Source: an uncultured Gammaproteobacteria bacterium (GTDB taxonomy: Bacteria; Pseudomonadota; Gammaproteobacteria; SZUA-229). From it: a DNA stretch of 64,000 nucleotides. The stretch spans positions 59,051 to 123,050 of the forward strand of contig CAVQDO010000011.1 of the NCBI GenBank assembly GCA_963711255.1, given 5' to 3'. Positions 1-9,560 of this stretch are shown piece by piece. The notes beneath the pieces were generated by a model that ran no database searches, was not told where the DNA came from, and saw only the letters and a program-made list of their open reading frames with translations. The position numbers and the translations under genes were made by a program. Within the stretch, counting starts at the first letter, position 1; each line of letters begins with the position of its first letter.

Positions 1-1
1 A

Positions 2-268
2 GCGGTAGACAGAAACAGCGCTACCGTTTCAGCACTGGGTAATATTGGAAGCTGGTCTACGACAGCGACTACTGTTGATTTTGCCATTGATTTGGCCGGT
101 ACAGGCCTGTTAAACGGTGATGAGCTGGCCATGCGTTGGGGATTTACCTGCGCTAACGATGTTATCGAAGGTGCCGTAAAGGTTCCGGAAGTTCCTGTTC
201 CTGCCGCAGTATGGCTATTTGGCTCAGGCTTACTTGGCCTGGCGGCTGTGGCAAGACGTAAGCGTTAA
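2..268 (+). CDS. VPLPA-CTERM (PEP-CTERM-like) sorting-domain protein, 3' part only
   Basis: My translation of frame 2: ...AMRWGFTCANDVIEGAVKVPEVPVPAAVWLFGSGLLGLAAVARRKR*. Typical VP(L/V)PA motif, TM helix and basic tail. Truncated by the window edge. Confidence 0.9.
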   Translation, partial: AVDRNSATVSALGNIGSWSTTATTVDFAIDLAGTGLLNGDELAMRWGFTCANDVIEGAVKVPEVPVPAAVWLFGSGLLGLAAVARRKR

Positions 269-293
269 TGTAAGTCAGTTTATTAACATTCGT

Positions 294-332
294 AAAAAAG
301 GCGGCTGCTGTGAAAACAGGGCCGCCTTTTTT
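294..332 (+). terminator. Rho-independent terminator, possibly bidirectional
   Basis: aaaaaaggcggc...gccgcctttttt hairpin directly after the stop codon. Confidence 0.8.
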
Positions 333-480
333 AATGGCTCTACTAAGAAATCACAGCTTAATCCCCAATTAAATTCTGGTTAAATAAGGCGATTTTCTAT
401 AGATTTGTTGGTATATGCGTTAAATGCAGCCATGATAGACTTGTTCTTTTTTTACGGGCAGAGACTACTCTGAAAATTCA

Positions 481-948
481 ATGAATGATAATACGAAAGA
501 AGAAATGAGCATTAATGATGTTGATGCGAGCTTTTCCAGTGGTATTGCAGCATTTGAAGCGAAAAACTTTAAACAGTCACTGCAGTTTCTGGGGCCGCTG
601 GCTGAAGCGGGTGATGCCGAATCGCAGCACCGCTGTGCCATCATGTATCAAAACGGCCTGGGTGTCGTCGCCAATGAAGCTAAAGCTGTTGAATATATGA
701 AAGCTGCCGCTGAGCAGGGACATCCGGTTGCACAGCATGGACTGGGTTTTATGTACATGGAAGGCGAGTGTGTGGATAAAGACGCTCAGCAGGCCGTTAA
801 ATGGTTTACCAAAGCAGGTGAGCAGGGGCTGGTTGGTTCCTTGACGACCCTGGCGATGATGTATCAGGAAGGTAAGGGCGTCGAAAAAAATCCGGAAGAA
901 GCAAAACGCCTGTACAAGCTTGCCGGTTTTGATGATATGCAGTTTTAG
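481..948 (+). CDS. Sel1-like repeat protein
   Basis: Repeated A(Q)xxLGxMYxxGxGVxxxxxxAxxWxxKAAEQG-type motifs. Confidence 0.9.
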   Translation: MNDNTKEEMSINDVDASFSSGIAAFEAKNFKQSLQFLGPLAEAGDAESQHRCAIMYQNGLGVVANEAKAVEYMKAAAEQGHPVAQHGLGFMYMEGECVDKDAQQAVKWFTKAGEQGLVGSLTTLAMMYQEGKGVEKNPEEAKRLYKLAGFDDMQF

Positions 949-1006
949 TCTTTGCCGTTTGCAGGCAACAAAGTTTATTGATTAATTATTAGAAGATACA
1001 AATATT

Positions 1007-2047
1007 ATGCGTCCAGCACATTTATTAACCGTCGTAGAAAAAGAATATATAAGTACACAAAGCGGACATCACACACCTGTGATGTTGTGGGGTGCACCGG
1101 GTGTGGGTAAATCACAGATGGTGGCGCAGGTTGCTGAAAATCAGGATACGCCATTAATTGATATTCGTTTGTCTCAGATGGAGCCCAGTGATTTGCGCGG
1201 TATTCCATTCAAAGTCGAGAATACTGTTGAGTGGGCTGTGCCCGCGATGCTGCCTGATGCAAAACGCCACGGTGACAAAAGGCATTTTGTTTCTTGATGA
1301 AATCACTTCCGCACCGCCCAGTGTTTCAGCGGCTGCCTACCAGTTAATTCTCGACAGAAAACTGGGTGAATACGAAGTGCCTGAAGGCTGGGCGATTATT
1401 GCTGCCGGAAACGGCAGGGCGATCGCGGCGTTACCTACAGTATGCCGGCACCGCTGGCTAATCGCTTTTCGCACTACGAAGTGGATATTAATCTCGACGA
1501 CTGGGTCGCCTGGGCATATGCCAATGGCATTGACGAACGTGTTATTGCTTTTTTGCGTTTCAGGCAGGATTTATTATTCGAGTTTGATGCTTCACAAAAC
1601 CCGGTTGCCTTTCCGTCACCGCGTTCGTGGGAATTCGCGCATCGCGCATTGCATAAATTTGAAGATCATCCGGAATTATTTTCCGGTGCTTTACAGGCCT
1701 GTGTCGGCAAGGCTGCGGGTATTGAGTTAGCTGCATTTATTGCCAGCCTTGATCAAATGCCTGATCTTGATGCCATCATAAATGGCGAAGAAGTTGAAAC
1801 ACCAAAAGAAATTGATTTGCAGTATGCCGTGGCAACTGCACTGGTTGGCCGTGCTATTCGTGCAAAAGAAACCGATGAGGCGATGAAGGTACACGGCAAT
1901 ATTCTGAGTTACGCCAATCGTTTCCCGCAGCGTGAAATGGGTGTGATGATGGTTTCCGACATGCACCGTGCTATTGGCCAGGATATTTTCAGTGTACCTG
2001 AGTTTGCCAACTGGGCAGATAAGATAGCTGATTTAATGTTGTATTAA
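1007..2047 (+). CDS. MoxR-family AAA+ ATPase, split by two apparent frameshifts (~1279, ~1412)
   Basis: Walker A GAPGVGKS, Walker B ILFLDEI, and AGN-RQGDRG...MPAPLANRF reconstructed across three ORFs. Removing one A from an A-run and adding one C restores a single frame. Confidence 0.88.
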
Positions 2048-2055
2048 AAGATGAA

Positions 2056-2217
2056 TTAACCGCAGATTAGGGCAGGGATACCCGTAACTAGAGTAACGCA
2101 GGAGCAGTTACCGAGACAATGTGCCTGTTCTCACGCAAGGCATAAGACGAAAAGTATTGAATTATGCTGATCAATAATTAAAATGTTTTCTCTGCGCCTC
2201 CGCGTCTCTGCGGTAAT
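2056..2217 (+). repeat. Intergenic inverted-repeat element (ACCGCAGAGACGC-type arms) with a 48-bp insert at 2067-2114
   Basis: Left arm aaccgcaga[insert]gac; right arm tctctgcgcctccgcgtctctgcggtaa. Near-identical element in reverse at 5785-5932. Confidence 0.8.
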
Positions 2218-2243
2218 TTTTTTGTTTTTAAGTTTTAAATATT

Positions 2244-3503
2244 ATGAGCGATTATCCCGACGTTGAACAAAAACTTGCTACTGCCAGAACTCGTTTGATT
2301 CTGGACAAGCCATTTCTTGGCGCGCTGGTTTTACGCCTGCCCATGGTGGCGGGTGACCCTAAATGGTGTGAAACGACATTTAGTGACGGCAAGACGTTCT
2401 ATTACAACAACGATTACATTGATGCACTGGATCAGGAGCAGACCCAGTTCGCGTTATCACATGAAGCATTGCATTGTGCGCTCTCGCACTTTCACCGTCG
2501 TGGGCACCGGATAAAACTGCGCTGGGACCTGGCCTGCGATTACGCGGTTAATCCATTGCTTATTAATGACGGATTAAAGCCCACACCGGATGCCATGCAT
2601 CTTCGTGAGTACGAAGGCATGACTGCGGAAGAAATTTATCCCTGCCTGGAAGATAATGAGAATGATGGTGAGCGTGATTTAGAAAACGAAAGTAAATCTG
2701 ACGATGCGGATAACGATGATCAGCAGTCTCGCCAGGATAATAGCGGTGGCGGTAACAAAAAAGAGAAAGAAAACGACGAACAAAGCGAAGGCCAGGGCGA
2801 GCAGGATAAAGACCAGGATGATGCTGGTCAGGGCGGCATGGCACAACAGCCTACGGGTATGACGCAGCAGGAAGAAGATGAACTAAGCCTGCAGTGGGAG
2901 CAGCGTCTTGCAGGTGCCGCGCAGCAGGCATTACAGTCCGGCAAGCTGGAAGGCGATATGGCCAGAATGGTCGACCACCTGTTGCAGCCTAAACTTCCAT
3001 GGCGCATGCTGCTGGCGCGTTACATGTCGGCAACGGCGCGTGAAGATTATAGTTATATGCGCCCGTCATCTCGCCGCGGTGACCCGGCGGTGTACCCCAG
3101 TATGCGCAGTAACGAAACCAATATTGTGGTTGCGGTTGATACTAGCGGCTCGATTGATCAGGAAGAAATTCAGGAATTTATTTCCGAAATCGATGCCATT
3201 AAAAGCCAGGTACGTGCCAGTGTTACACTACTAACCTGTGACTCAACACTGAATTATGGCTGTCCGTGGATATTTGAAGCCTGGGATGCGTTTCAGTTTG
3301 ATGTCGAGATTCGCGGTGGCGGCGGAACAAACTTCAGACCGGTTTTTGACTGGGTTGAAGAGCAGGACAGGGCGCCGGACCTGTTGGTGTATTTTACCGA
3401 TGCAGAAGGTTTATTCCCCGAAGTTGAACCAACGTTCCCGGTGACCTGGCTGGTTAAAGGTAAAGCCACAGTACCGTTTGGTGTTCGCGTTCAGTTGAAC
3501 TAG
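2244..3503 (+). CDS. DUF2201-type putative metallopeptidase plus VWA domain protein
   Basis: HEALH (HEXXH) followed by ACDYAVN, an acidic linker, MIDAS DTSGS, GGGTNF and YFTD. Confidence 0.88.
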   Translation: MSDYPDVEQKLATARTRLILDKPFLGALVLRLPMVAGDPKWCETTFSDGKTFYYNNDYIDALDQEQTQFALSHEALHCALSHFHRRGHRIKLRWDLACDYAVNPLLINDGLKPTPDAMHLREYEGMTAEEIYPCLEDNENDGERDLENESKSDDADNDDQQSRQDNSGGGNKKEKENDEQSEGQGEQDKDQDDAGQGGMAQQPTGMTQQEEDELSLQWEQRLAGAAQQALQSGKLEGDMARMVDHLLQPKLPWRMLLARYMSATAREDYSYMRPSSRRGDPAVYPSMRSNETNIVVAVDTSGSIDQEEIQEFISEIDAIKSQVRASVTLLTCDSTLNYGCPWIFEAWDAFQFDVEIRGGGGTNFRPVFDWVEEQDRAPDLLVYFTDAEGLFPEVEPTFPVTWLVKGKATVPFGVRVQLN

Positions 3504-3511
3504 AAAACTTT

Positions 3512-3717
3512 TAACCACAGAGGGCAGGACGCCTGTAGGGAAAAACGTAGGATCGTTACCGAGACATTAGAGGCACGGAGAAAAATAAATGTATTTCTTG
3601 CGTCTCTGCAGTCTAAGTCAATGGCTACGAAATAACTAATTCTGCGTGAAATTATATATGAATCCACGGACACAAACCTTGTGCTACTTCGGGCTCTATG
3701 GTCTACCGCGGTGGAAA
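3512..3717 (+). repeat. Degenerate copy of the same intergenic repeat family
   Basis: aaccacagag-ggcaggacgcc...gtaggatcgttaccgagac...gaggcacggag; right-arm remnants gcgtctctgc and ctctatggtctaccgcggtgg. Confidence 0.55.
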
Positions 3718-3727
3718 TTTTTTTAAA

Positions 3728-4853
3728 GTGGCACTTTCAGCAGAAGATAATTTACGTCTAAATGTATTGCTTAGCGCAGGAGCTTTATGCCGTGCGTATA
3801 GACGAATCTAAAATGACCGTGTTTGCATTGACGGCTAAAGGTGAAGCAACGGTACCGCTGAATGCGATTGGAAAAGACGAGGCTTATATCAAGGAAGTTA
3901 AAGCCCTGTTCAGTACGCATGTTATGGGTTCACCCGGCGGTTACCCGGTTTATTTGAAGCGCTGGACTCGAATGGGACAGGCTCGCGATGAAAGCCTGGC
4001 GCAACTGTTATTACTTGGTGAGCCGGAAGCGGTTGTTGCTGCTGTACATGCGCCCGGCTTAAGTGATGAGTTAGCTGCCCGTGCCTGGTGGGCAATGCCG
4101 ACTGCTGAGAATGCACGACGTATGCTGGAAAAACCCGCGGTAGTCGAAGGTGAAACAGGCAGGGTGCTGGCAGAGTTTCTGCTTGAGTTCCTGCCTTTTG
4201 AAGAAGAACAGAGTGACATTATTGAATCCGTTCGGCTGGTATTGCAGCCGGGATTGATTAGTCAGGATGAAAAAGAAAAGCTCTGGGCAAAGACAAAAAC
4301 GAAACGCAGTTTTTATGTTGGTTTTCTACATGCTTCTGCAGAAGACCTGCCAGTAAACGTTGATGCCAATCCTAATTACGAAAAGATAAAGCAGCAGCTT
4401 GCTTCGCACCTTGATCAGGGTGATCCCTATGCTGTTATGCTGGAAAAGGTTTTAAGTGCGAAAGGACAGGCCACGATAAAAACAATCGAAGATGCATTAA
4501 ATAAACCGGGCAACCAGGATGTGGTTGTTTCACTGCTGGCTGCGGTAGCAAATTATTTCGAGAGTATTATTCCGCAACAGTACACCGAAGATGATATTAC
4601 AGCTATATGCACAGAAGCTGAATCACTTTGCTGCACTGCCGACAGTGATATCTATAACGTTGTTTCAACTTTGAACGGCGATGCAGAGAAAGTTCAGCAG
4701 TATCTTCGTGCCATGACAGTGCTGGCCTGCCTTAGCGTGAAGCTGGTTAATCCTATCTTTGCGCGTTCAGATGCCATCGGTACGGTTATGCGTAAAAAAA
4801 TTAAACCAATAACCGATCCTGTTATTGAGCAGCTTCACATTTTGCGTGATTAG
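3728..4853 (+). CDS. dsrS: Sulfur-oxidation-associated protein DsrS, apparent frameshift at ~3773
   Basis: GSPGGYPVYLKRWTRMGQ...LLLLGEPEAVVA...LAARAWWAM matches DsrS as I recall it. GTG at 3728 gives the DsrS-type N-terminus MALSAEDNLRLNVLL in the adjacent frame. Confidence 0.82.
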
Positions 4854-4870
4854 GCATAACTTAAACTGCT

Positions 4871-5407
4871 ATGCGATTTGATAAAGTTTTAGTGAACTTG
4901 AACGTGCAGCTAAAAGCAGATGAGTTGCAGCAACATTTGCCCTGTTCAGCAAGTATTATCGGTAAAACTCTTGCCGCTATCGCCAGTGAGTATGCCCGGG
5001 ATAATAAAACCGGTTATTACCCGGCAATCGAATTTTTTAAAACACAGGATAATGTCGATCCGGATTTAATTGCTTCGGCGGAACAGGTTTCCTGGCTGGT
5101 GGCCAAACTGGCTCGGCAGACTATCCAGACAAAACTGCGGCCCATTTTTTCTTCGGTACAGTTTCAATCAATACAGACGCTGGCTTTTTCCATGCCGAAA
5201 GTACGTCCCAGCCAGGCAGGTGCGATTGCTGAACTGGAAAAACATTACACGCCGGATACGGTGAAAATTGAATTGCTGCTAACCATGATGCGTCGTGACA
5301 GTGAAGCAGATGATGAGCGTGCAGAACCTTATGCGAGGAAGATGATGTTTCGCTGGCTGGAGTCTGAGTTCGAATCGGTAGAAGTATCAAGTTCCAGGCT
5401 GATGTGA
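4871..5407 (+). CDS. Hypothetical protein, probably co-transcribed with dsrS
   Basis: 178-aa ORF starting 17 bp after dsrS; no family recognised. Confidence 0.75.
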   Translation: MRFDKVLVNLNVQLKADELQQHLPCSASIIGKTLAAIASEYARDNKTGYYPAIEFFKTQDNVDPDLIASAEQVSWLVAKLARQTIQTKLRPIFSSVQFQSIQTLAFSMPKVRPSQAGAIAELEKHYTPDTVKIELLLTMMRRDSEADDERAEPYARKMMFRWLESEFESVEVSSSRLM

Positions 5408-5416
5408 TTATTGCTT

Positions 5417-5758
5417 TTATTGTAATTTTTTATAATCGTCTTCTTTAAATCCAACTAGCAGTATTTTCCCGTTTTCCAGAACAGGGCGCTTTATCATGCT
5501 GGGGTTTTCCAGCATAAGCTGAATAGCGGAAGTTTCATCAATATTATCTTTCACTGAATCATCGAGCTTGCGCCAGGTTGTGCCACGTTTATTCAGAACA
5601 ATTTCCAGTCCGGCTTTTTTAACCCATTGTTTAAGGTTTTTTTCTGGCACACCGGCTTTTTTGTAATCATGAAATTCATATTCAAGATTATTACTGTCCA
5701 GCCACTTGCGGGCTTTCTTCATGGTGTCACAGTTTGGGATGCCGTAAATTTTTATCAT
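5417..5758 (-). CDS. yffB: ArsC/Spx-family protein (YffB-like)
   Basis: MIKIYGIPNCDTMKKARKWL...NKRGTTWRKL...PSMIKRP; next to dap genes. Start trimmed to ATG 5758 because the longer ORF runs into a repeat. Confidence 0.88.
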   Translation of the reverse strand: MIKIYGIPNCDTMKKARKWLDSNNLEYEFHDYKKAGVPEKNLKQWVKKAGLEIVLNKRGTTWRKLDDSVKDNIDETSAIQLMLENPSMIKRPVLENGKILLVGFKEDDYKKLQ

Positions 5759-5784
5759 AATTAGAAACCTTAATAACAAAAGAA

Positions 5785-5932
5785 TTACCGCAGAGACGCG
5801 GAGACGCAGAGAAAACCATGTCAATGTTGTTTATGCGTAGCATTAACAATAAATAACTCAGCGTCTCTGCGTCTCGGTAACTGCTCCTGCGTTACTCTAC
5901 TTACGGGCATCCATGCCCTAATCTGCGGTGAA
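5785..5932 (-). repeat. Intergenic inverted-repeat element with a 48-bp insert at 5874-5921
   Basis: Reverse-complement counterpart of 2056-2217; inserts are 45/48 identical. Confidence 0.8.
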
Positions 5933-5937
5933 GTCTT

Positions 5938-6762
5938 TTAATCTATATCACGTAACAGTTCGTTCAAGCCAACCTTGCCGCGTGTTTTCTCATCAACCTG
6001 CTTGACGATTACTGCACAGTACAGGCTGTATGTACCATCTTTGGATGGCAGGTTGCCGGAAACAACAACTGAGCCTGCAGGGATACGGCCATAAGTGATT
6101 TCACCGGTCATGCGGTTAAAGATCTTGGTGCTCTGACCAATGTAAACGCCCATTGAAATAACAGAGCCTTCTTCGACGATAACGCCTTCAACGACTTCTG
6201 AACGCGCACCGATGAAGCAGTTGTCTTCAATGATAGTTGGTGAAGCCTGTAGTGGCTCCAGAACACCGCCGATGCCAACACCACCGGACAGGTGTACGTT
6301 CTTGCCGATCTGCGCACATGAGCCTACAGTCGCCCAGGTATCAACCATGGTGCCGGTGTCGACATAAGCGCCGATGTTGACGTATGAAGGCATTAACACA
6401 ACACTGGGTGCAATGTAGGAACCGAATCTTGCTGTGGCCGGTGGTACAACACGTACGCCGGAGTCACGAAATTCGCGCGTATTTAAATCAGCAAACTTGG
6501 AATTAACCTTGTCGTAGTAGTTAGTGAAACCGCCTTTGATAAATTCGTTATCATTGATGCGGAAAGAAAGCAGTACGGCTTTTTTCAGCCATTCATTAAC
6601 TACCCAGTCACCGTCAACTTTTTCAGCAACCCGAGCTTCACCTGAATCTAACAGGTTGACGGCTTCGGTTACGGCGTCTGAAATATGGGTTTCAACGTTG
6701 CGCGGTGTAATATCAGCGCGACGTTCAAAAGCTTCTTCAATTATGCTTTTTAGTTCTGACAT
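5938..6762 (-). CDS. dapD: Tetrahydrodipicolinate N-succinyltransferase
   Basis: [58 protein letters not shown]. Confidence 0.97.
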   Translation of the reverse strand: MSELKSIIEEAFERRADITPRNVETHISDAVTEAVNLLDSGEARVAEKVDGDWVVNEWLKKAVLLSFRINDNEFIKGGFTNYYDKVNSKFADLNTREFRDSGVRVVPPATARFGSYIAPSVVLMPSYVNIGAYVDTGTMVDTWATVGSCAQIGKNVHLSGGVGIGGVLEPLQASPTIIEDNCFIGARSEVVEGVIVEEGSVISMGVYIGQSTKIFNRMTGEITYGRIPAGSVVVSGNLPSKDGTYSLYCAVIVKQVDEKTRGKVGLNELLRDID

Positions 6763-6797
6763 GCTTGTGTCTCCAGATAAGGTATAAGTTAAAATTC

Positions 6798-7994
6798 TTA
6801 GTTCAATGTTTGCAGGTATTGTTTTATTCGGTTTGCAGCTGTTATGCATTCGTCCAGCGGGGCGACCAGCGCCATGCGTACGTGGTTTTTACCCGGGTTT
6901 ATGCCATTATTTTCGCGTGACAGGTAACTGCCCGGTAAAACGGTCACGTTCTGTTGTGCGTAAAGTTCCCTGGCAAAAGTTTCATCATCAACAGGAGTGT
7001 ATAGCCACAGATAAAAAGCGGCGTCGGGTAGTGTTACGTTAATATCCGGGCTTAGAATATCGATTACAGCGTTAAATTTTTTAACGTAAAGCGCTCTGTT
7101 CTCTTTAACATGATCTTCATCACTCCATGCTTCGATACTGGCTACCTGGTGAACTGGTGGCATTGCACAGCCATGATAGGTGCGGTAAAGCAAATACGAT
7201 TTAATCAATTGTGCATCACCGGCAACAAAACCGGAGCGCATACCGGGCAGGTTAGAACGTTTGGACAGGCTGTGAAAAACCATACAGTTTTTATAATCCG
7301 TGTTGCCCAGTTCAGCAGCGGTTTCCAGCAGGCCGGCAGGTGGGTTGTTTTCATCAAAATAGATTTCTGAATAGCATTCATCAGAGGCAATAATAAAATC
7401 ATACTGTTGCGCCAGTTCGATCAGCTTGCCAAGCTGCTGTTTGGAAACAACGCTGCCTGTTGGATTGCCGGGTGTGCAGACATAAATAATCTGGCAACGT
7501 TTCCAGGTGTTCTCATCAATTGAATCAAAATCGGGTAAATAATTATTTTCTTTTACCGTGTTGTAAAAATACGGCTCAGCGCCGGATAAGAAAGCTGCAC
7601 CTTCATATATCTGGTAAAACGGGTTTGGCATCAAAATCAGGGGCGACTGATTACGGTCGATAAAACACTGAGCGAATGAGAACAGGGCCTCGCGGGTGCC
7701 GGTAACCGGCAATATGTGCTGTTCCGGATCTATTGATTCACTGTCCAGTTTGAAGCGACGGCATAACCAGTCTGCAATCGCTGTTCGCAGTTTGGTGCTG
7801 CCTTTTGTCAGCGGGTAGCGCTTAATCTCATTCAGATTGTTTGTTATTGAATCCAGAACAAATTGCGGTGCATCATGTTTGGGCTCACCAATGGATAACG
7901 AGATGTGACCGTCTACGGCTGGATTGCACCCGGCTTTCAGGGCGCTGAGCTTTTCAAAAGGATAGGGCTGAAGTTTTTTCAGGTCTGGATTCAT
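6798..7994 (-). CDS. dapC: Succinyldiaminopimelate aminotransferase
   Basis: [19 protein letters not shown]-lysine motif [14 protein letters not shown]; upstream of dapD. Confidence 0.93.
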   Translation of the reverse strand: MNPDLKKLQPYPFEKLSALKAGCNPAVDGHISLSIGEPKHDAPQFVLDSITNNLNEIKRYPLTKGSTKLRTAIADWLCRRFKLDSESIDPEQHILPVTGTREALFSFAQCFIDRNQSPLILMPNPFYQIYEGAAFLSGAEPYFYNTVKENNYLPDFDSIDENTWKRCQIIYVCTPGNPTGSVVSKQQLGKLIELAQQYDFIIASDECYSEIYFDENNPPAGLLETAAELGNTDYKNCMVFHSLSKRSNLPGMRSGFVAGDAQLIKSYLLYRTYHGCAMPPVHQVASIEAWSDEDHVKENRALYVKKFNAVIDILSPDINVTLPDAAFYLWLYTPVDDETFARELYAQQNVTVLPGSYLSRENNGINPGKNHVRMALVAPLDECITAANRIKQYLQTLN

Positions 7995-8086
7995 TGATTG
8001 ATATATATTGTTAGAAAATTTGTTGTTGCTGTATTACGCAGGGGCGGTATTATAAGCGATTTATCAATCTGCTTCAGGAGAAATCT

Positions 8087-8482
8087 TTGCTATTTGAGAA
8101 TGAAACCACTAAACCCCTTGTCAGCGCAATCGACCATTGCAGCCTGGTGGTGGCAGATACTGATAAAGCACTTAAATTTTACAGGGAAATATTAGGCTTA
8201 AGTGTTGATTCATCACGCCCTGATCTGGGCTATCCGGGTGCCTGGTTGCAGGTTGGCCTGTCGCAGATTCACCTGCTAGAAGTGCCAAACCCTGACTCTG
8301 TGACAGGCAGACCTGAGCATGGCGGTCGAGATCGGCACGTGGCTTTTCAGGTATCTGATCTGGCACGACTTATTCAGCGTCTGGAGGATGCCGGTATTGC
8401 CTACAGTAAAAGTAAATCCGGGCGGGCTGCTTTATTCTGCCGTGATTATGATGGTAATGCGGTAGAACTTGTTGAAAAGTAA
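8087..8482 (+). CDS. VOC/glyoxalase-family protein
   Basis: IDHCSLVV...FYREILG...QIHLLE...GGRDRHVAF...RDYDGNAVEL. Confidence 0.9.
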   Translation: MLFENETTKPLVSAIDHCSLVVADTDKALKFYREILGLSVDSSRPDLGYPGAWLQVGLSQIHLLEVPNPDSVTGRPEHGGRDRHVAFQVSDLARLIQRLEDAGIAYSKSKSGRAALFCRDYDGNAVELVEK

Positions 8483-8488
8483 TGTTAA

Positions 8489-9313
8489 TTAATGATCGTA
8501 TTTTCTTCTTCTAGCCATTGCGGTTAATCCGAGTAATCCAGATGTAAATAACCAGGCTGATGCGGGCAGTGGAACCGGTGGTGCAGGTTCTGTATCGAAC
8601 GCACTGTAGCTTACGTTAGCCTGTGAGAAGTTATAAAACGCGAGGCGTCCATCATTAAAACTGCCGTTGATGTTAATCTCCAGTACATCGTTAACATAGA
8701 CTTCAAGATGGTTGCTCTGAAAGATAAAGCGGAAACTGTAATCCGTATTCGCTAACCAGCCAGTGTCGCCGAGGGTATTTCCACGCGCAAGCTCTTCAAG
8801 GCCACCTGCTGGATTTTCGGCGAAGTTGACGTGTCCCCAGAACTCATCGGCAGTTGGCAGTCCGCTAACCCTGGATACGGCCAGACCTCGAAGGGCGGTT
8901 GAATCAGGCGTGTCTGATGGTGCGCCAAAGTTAAAAGCCTGGGTATTGCGCTTCCAGTCAATCAACAGGTAGTCAGCGTTGGCATTGCTGGTATCTCCCG
9001 GGTTAAAGCCGAGAGCAAAACCAATCATGTCGTCATCGCCACCACCCGAGTTGATGGTTCCTGTTATATCGGAATTAATGGCGTTGAAGTCACTGTGAAA
9101 TAGTGTCGGTTGTCCGTTCACACTTTGCAGCACGGAACTGCCATCAACGGCAACTGTCCAGACACCGGCGCCAAAGCCGGCGACAGCGGGATATGACTCG
9201 GCTGTCCAGGGCGTTAAATCGACAGGAACGGCGAGCACGCTGGCGCTGAAAAGTAAGTTTGCACATGCCGCAAATATTATTGAATGTATAAATAGTGTAA
9301 ATTTGATTAGCAT
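8489..9313 (-). CDS. VPLPA-CTERM protein with a thrombospondin C-terminal-like (lectin-type) domain
   Basis: Signal peptide; DDDMIGFALGF resembles the TSP C-terminal DDDxxGF motif; ends PVPLPASAWLFTSGLLGLTAMARRRK. Confidence 0.85.
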   Translation of the reverse strand: MLIKFTLFIHSIIFAACANLLFSASVLAVPVDLTPWTAESYPAVAGFGAGVWTVAVDGSSVLQSVNGQPTLFHSDFNAINSDITGTINSGGGDDDMIGFALGFNPGDTSNANADYLLIDWKRNTQAFNFGAPSDTPDSTALRGLAVSRVSGLPTADEFWGHVNFAENPAGGLEELARGNTLGDTGWLANTDYSFRFIFQSNHLEVYVNDVLEININGSFNDGRLAFYNFSQANVSYSAFDTEPAPPVPLPASAWLFTSGLLGLTAMARRRKYDH

Positions 9314-9560
9314 AAGGTGCTCCCTAATGTTCCAGCGAAGCGATTGATTTGCATACTATTTCTCCCTTTTAGTGAAAGATGTATGCATCCAGATTTTGCT
9401 AACGGCCCTGTATTGATAGCAGCCATGCCGAATGCATTAACTGATAACAAGCTGAATAATAAAGTATACGAATCTAAAATTAATTATCAATAATACATCG
9501 ACGTCCTTCGTGTCGCTATGCTTTGGCTGAATATTGACTGGGGCAGGCTTAAGGTGAGAT

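Noticed and set aside
1260-1445. Programmed ribosomal frameshifting in MoxR and the other split genes
   Set aside because: No consistent slippery motif, and similar breaks hit unrelated genes such as mnmC and scpB. Sequence error is the simpler explanation.
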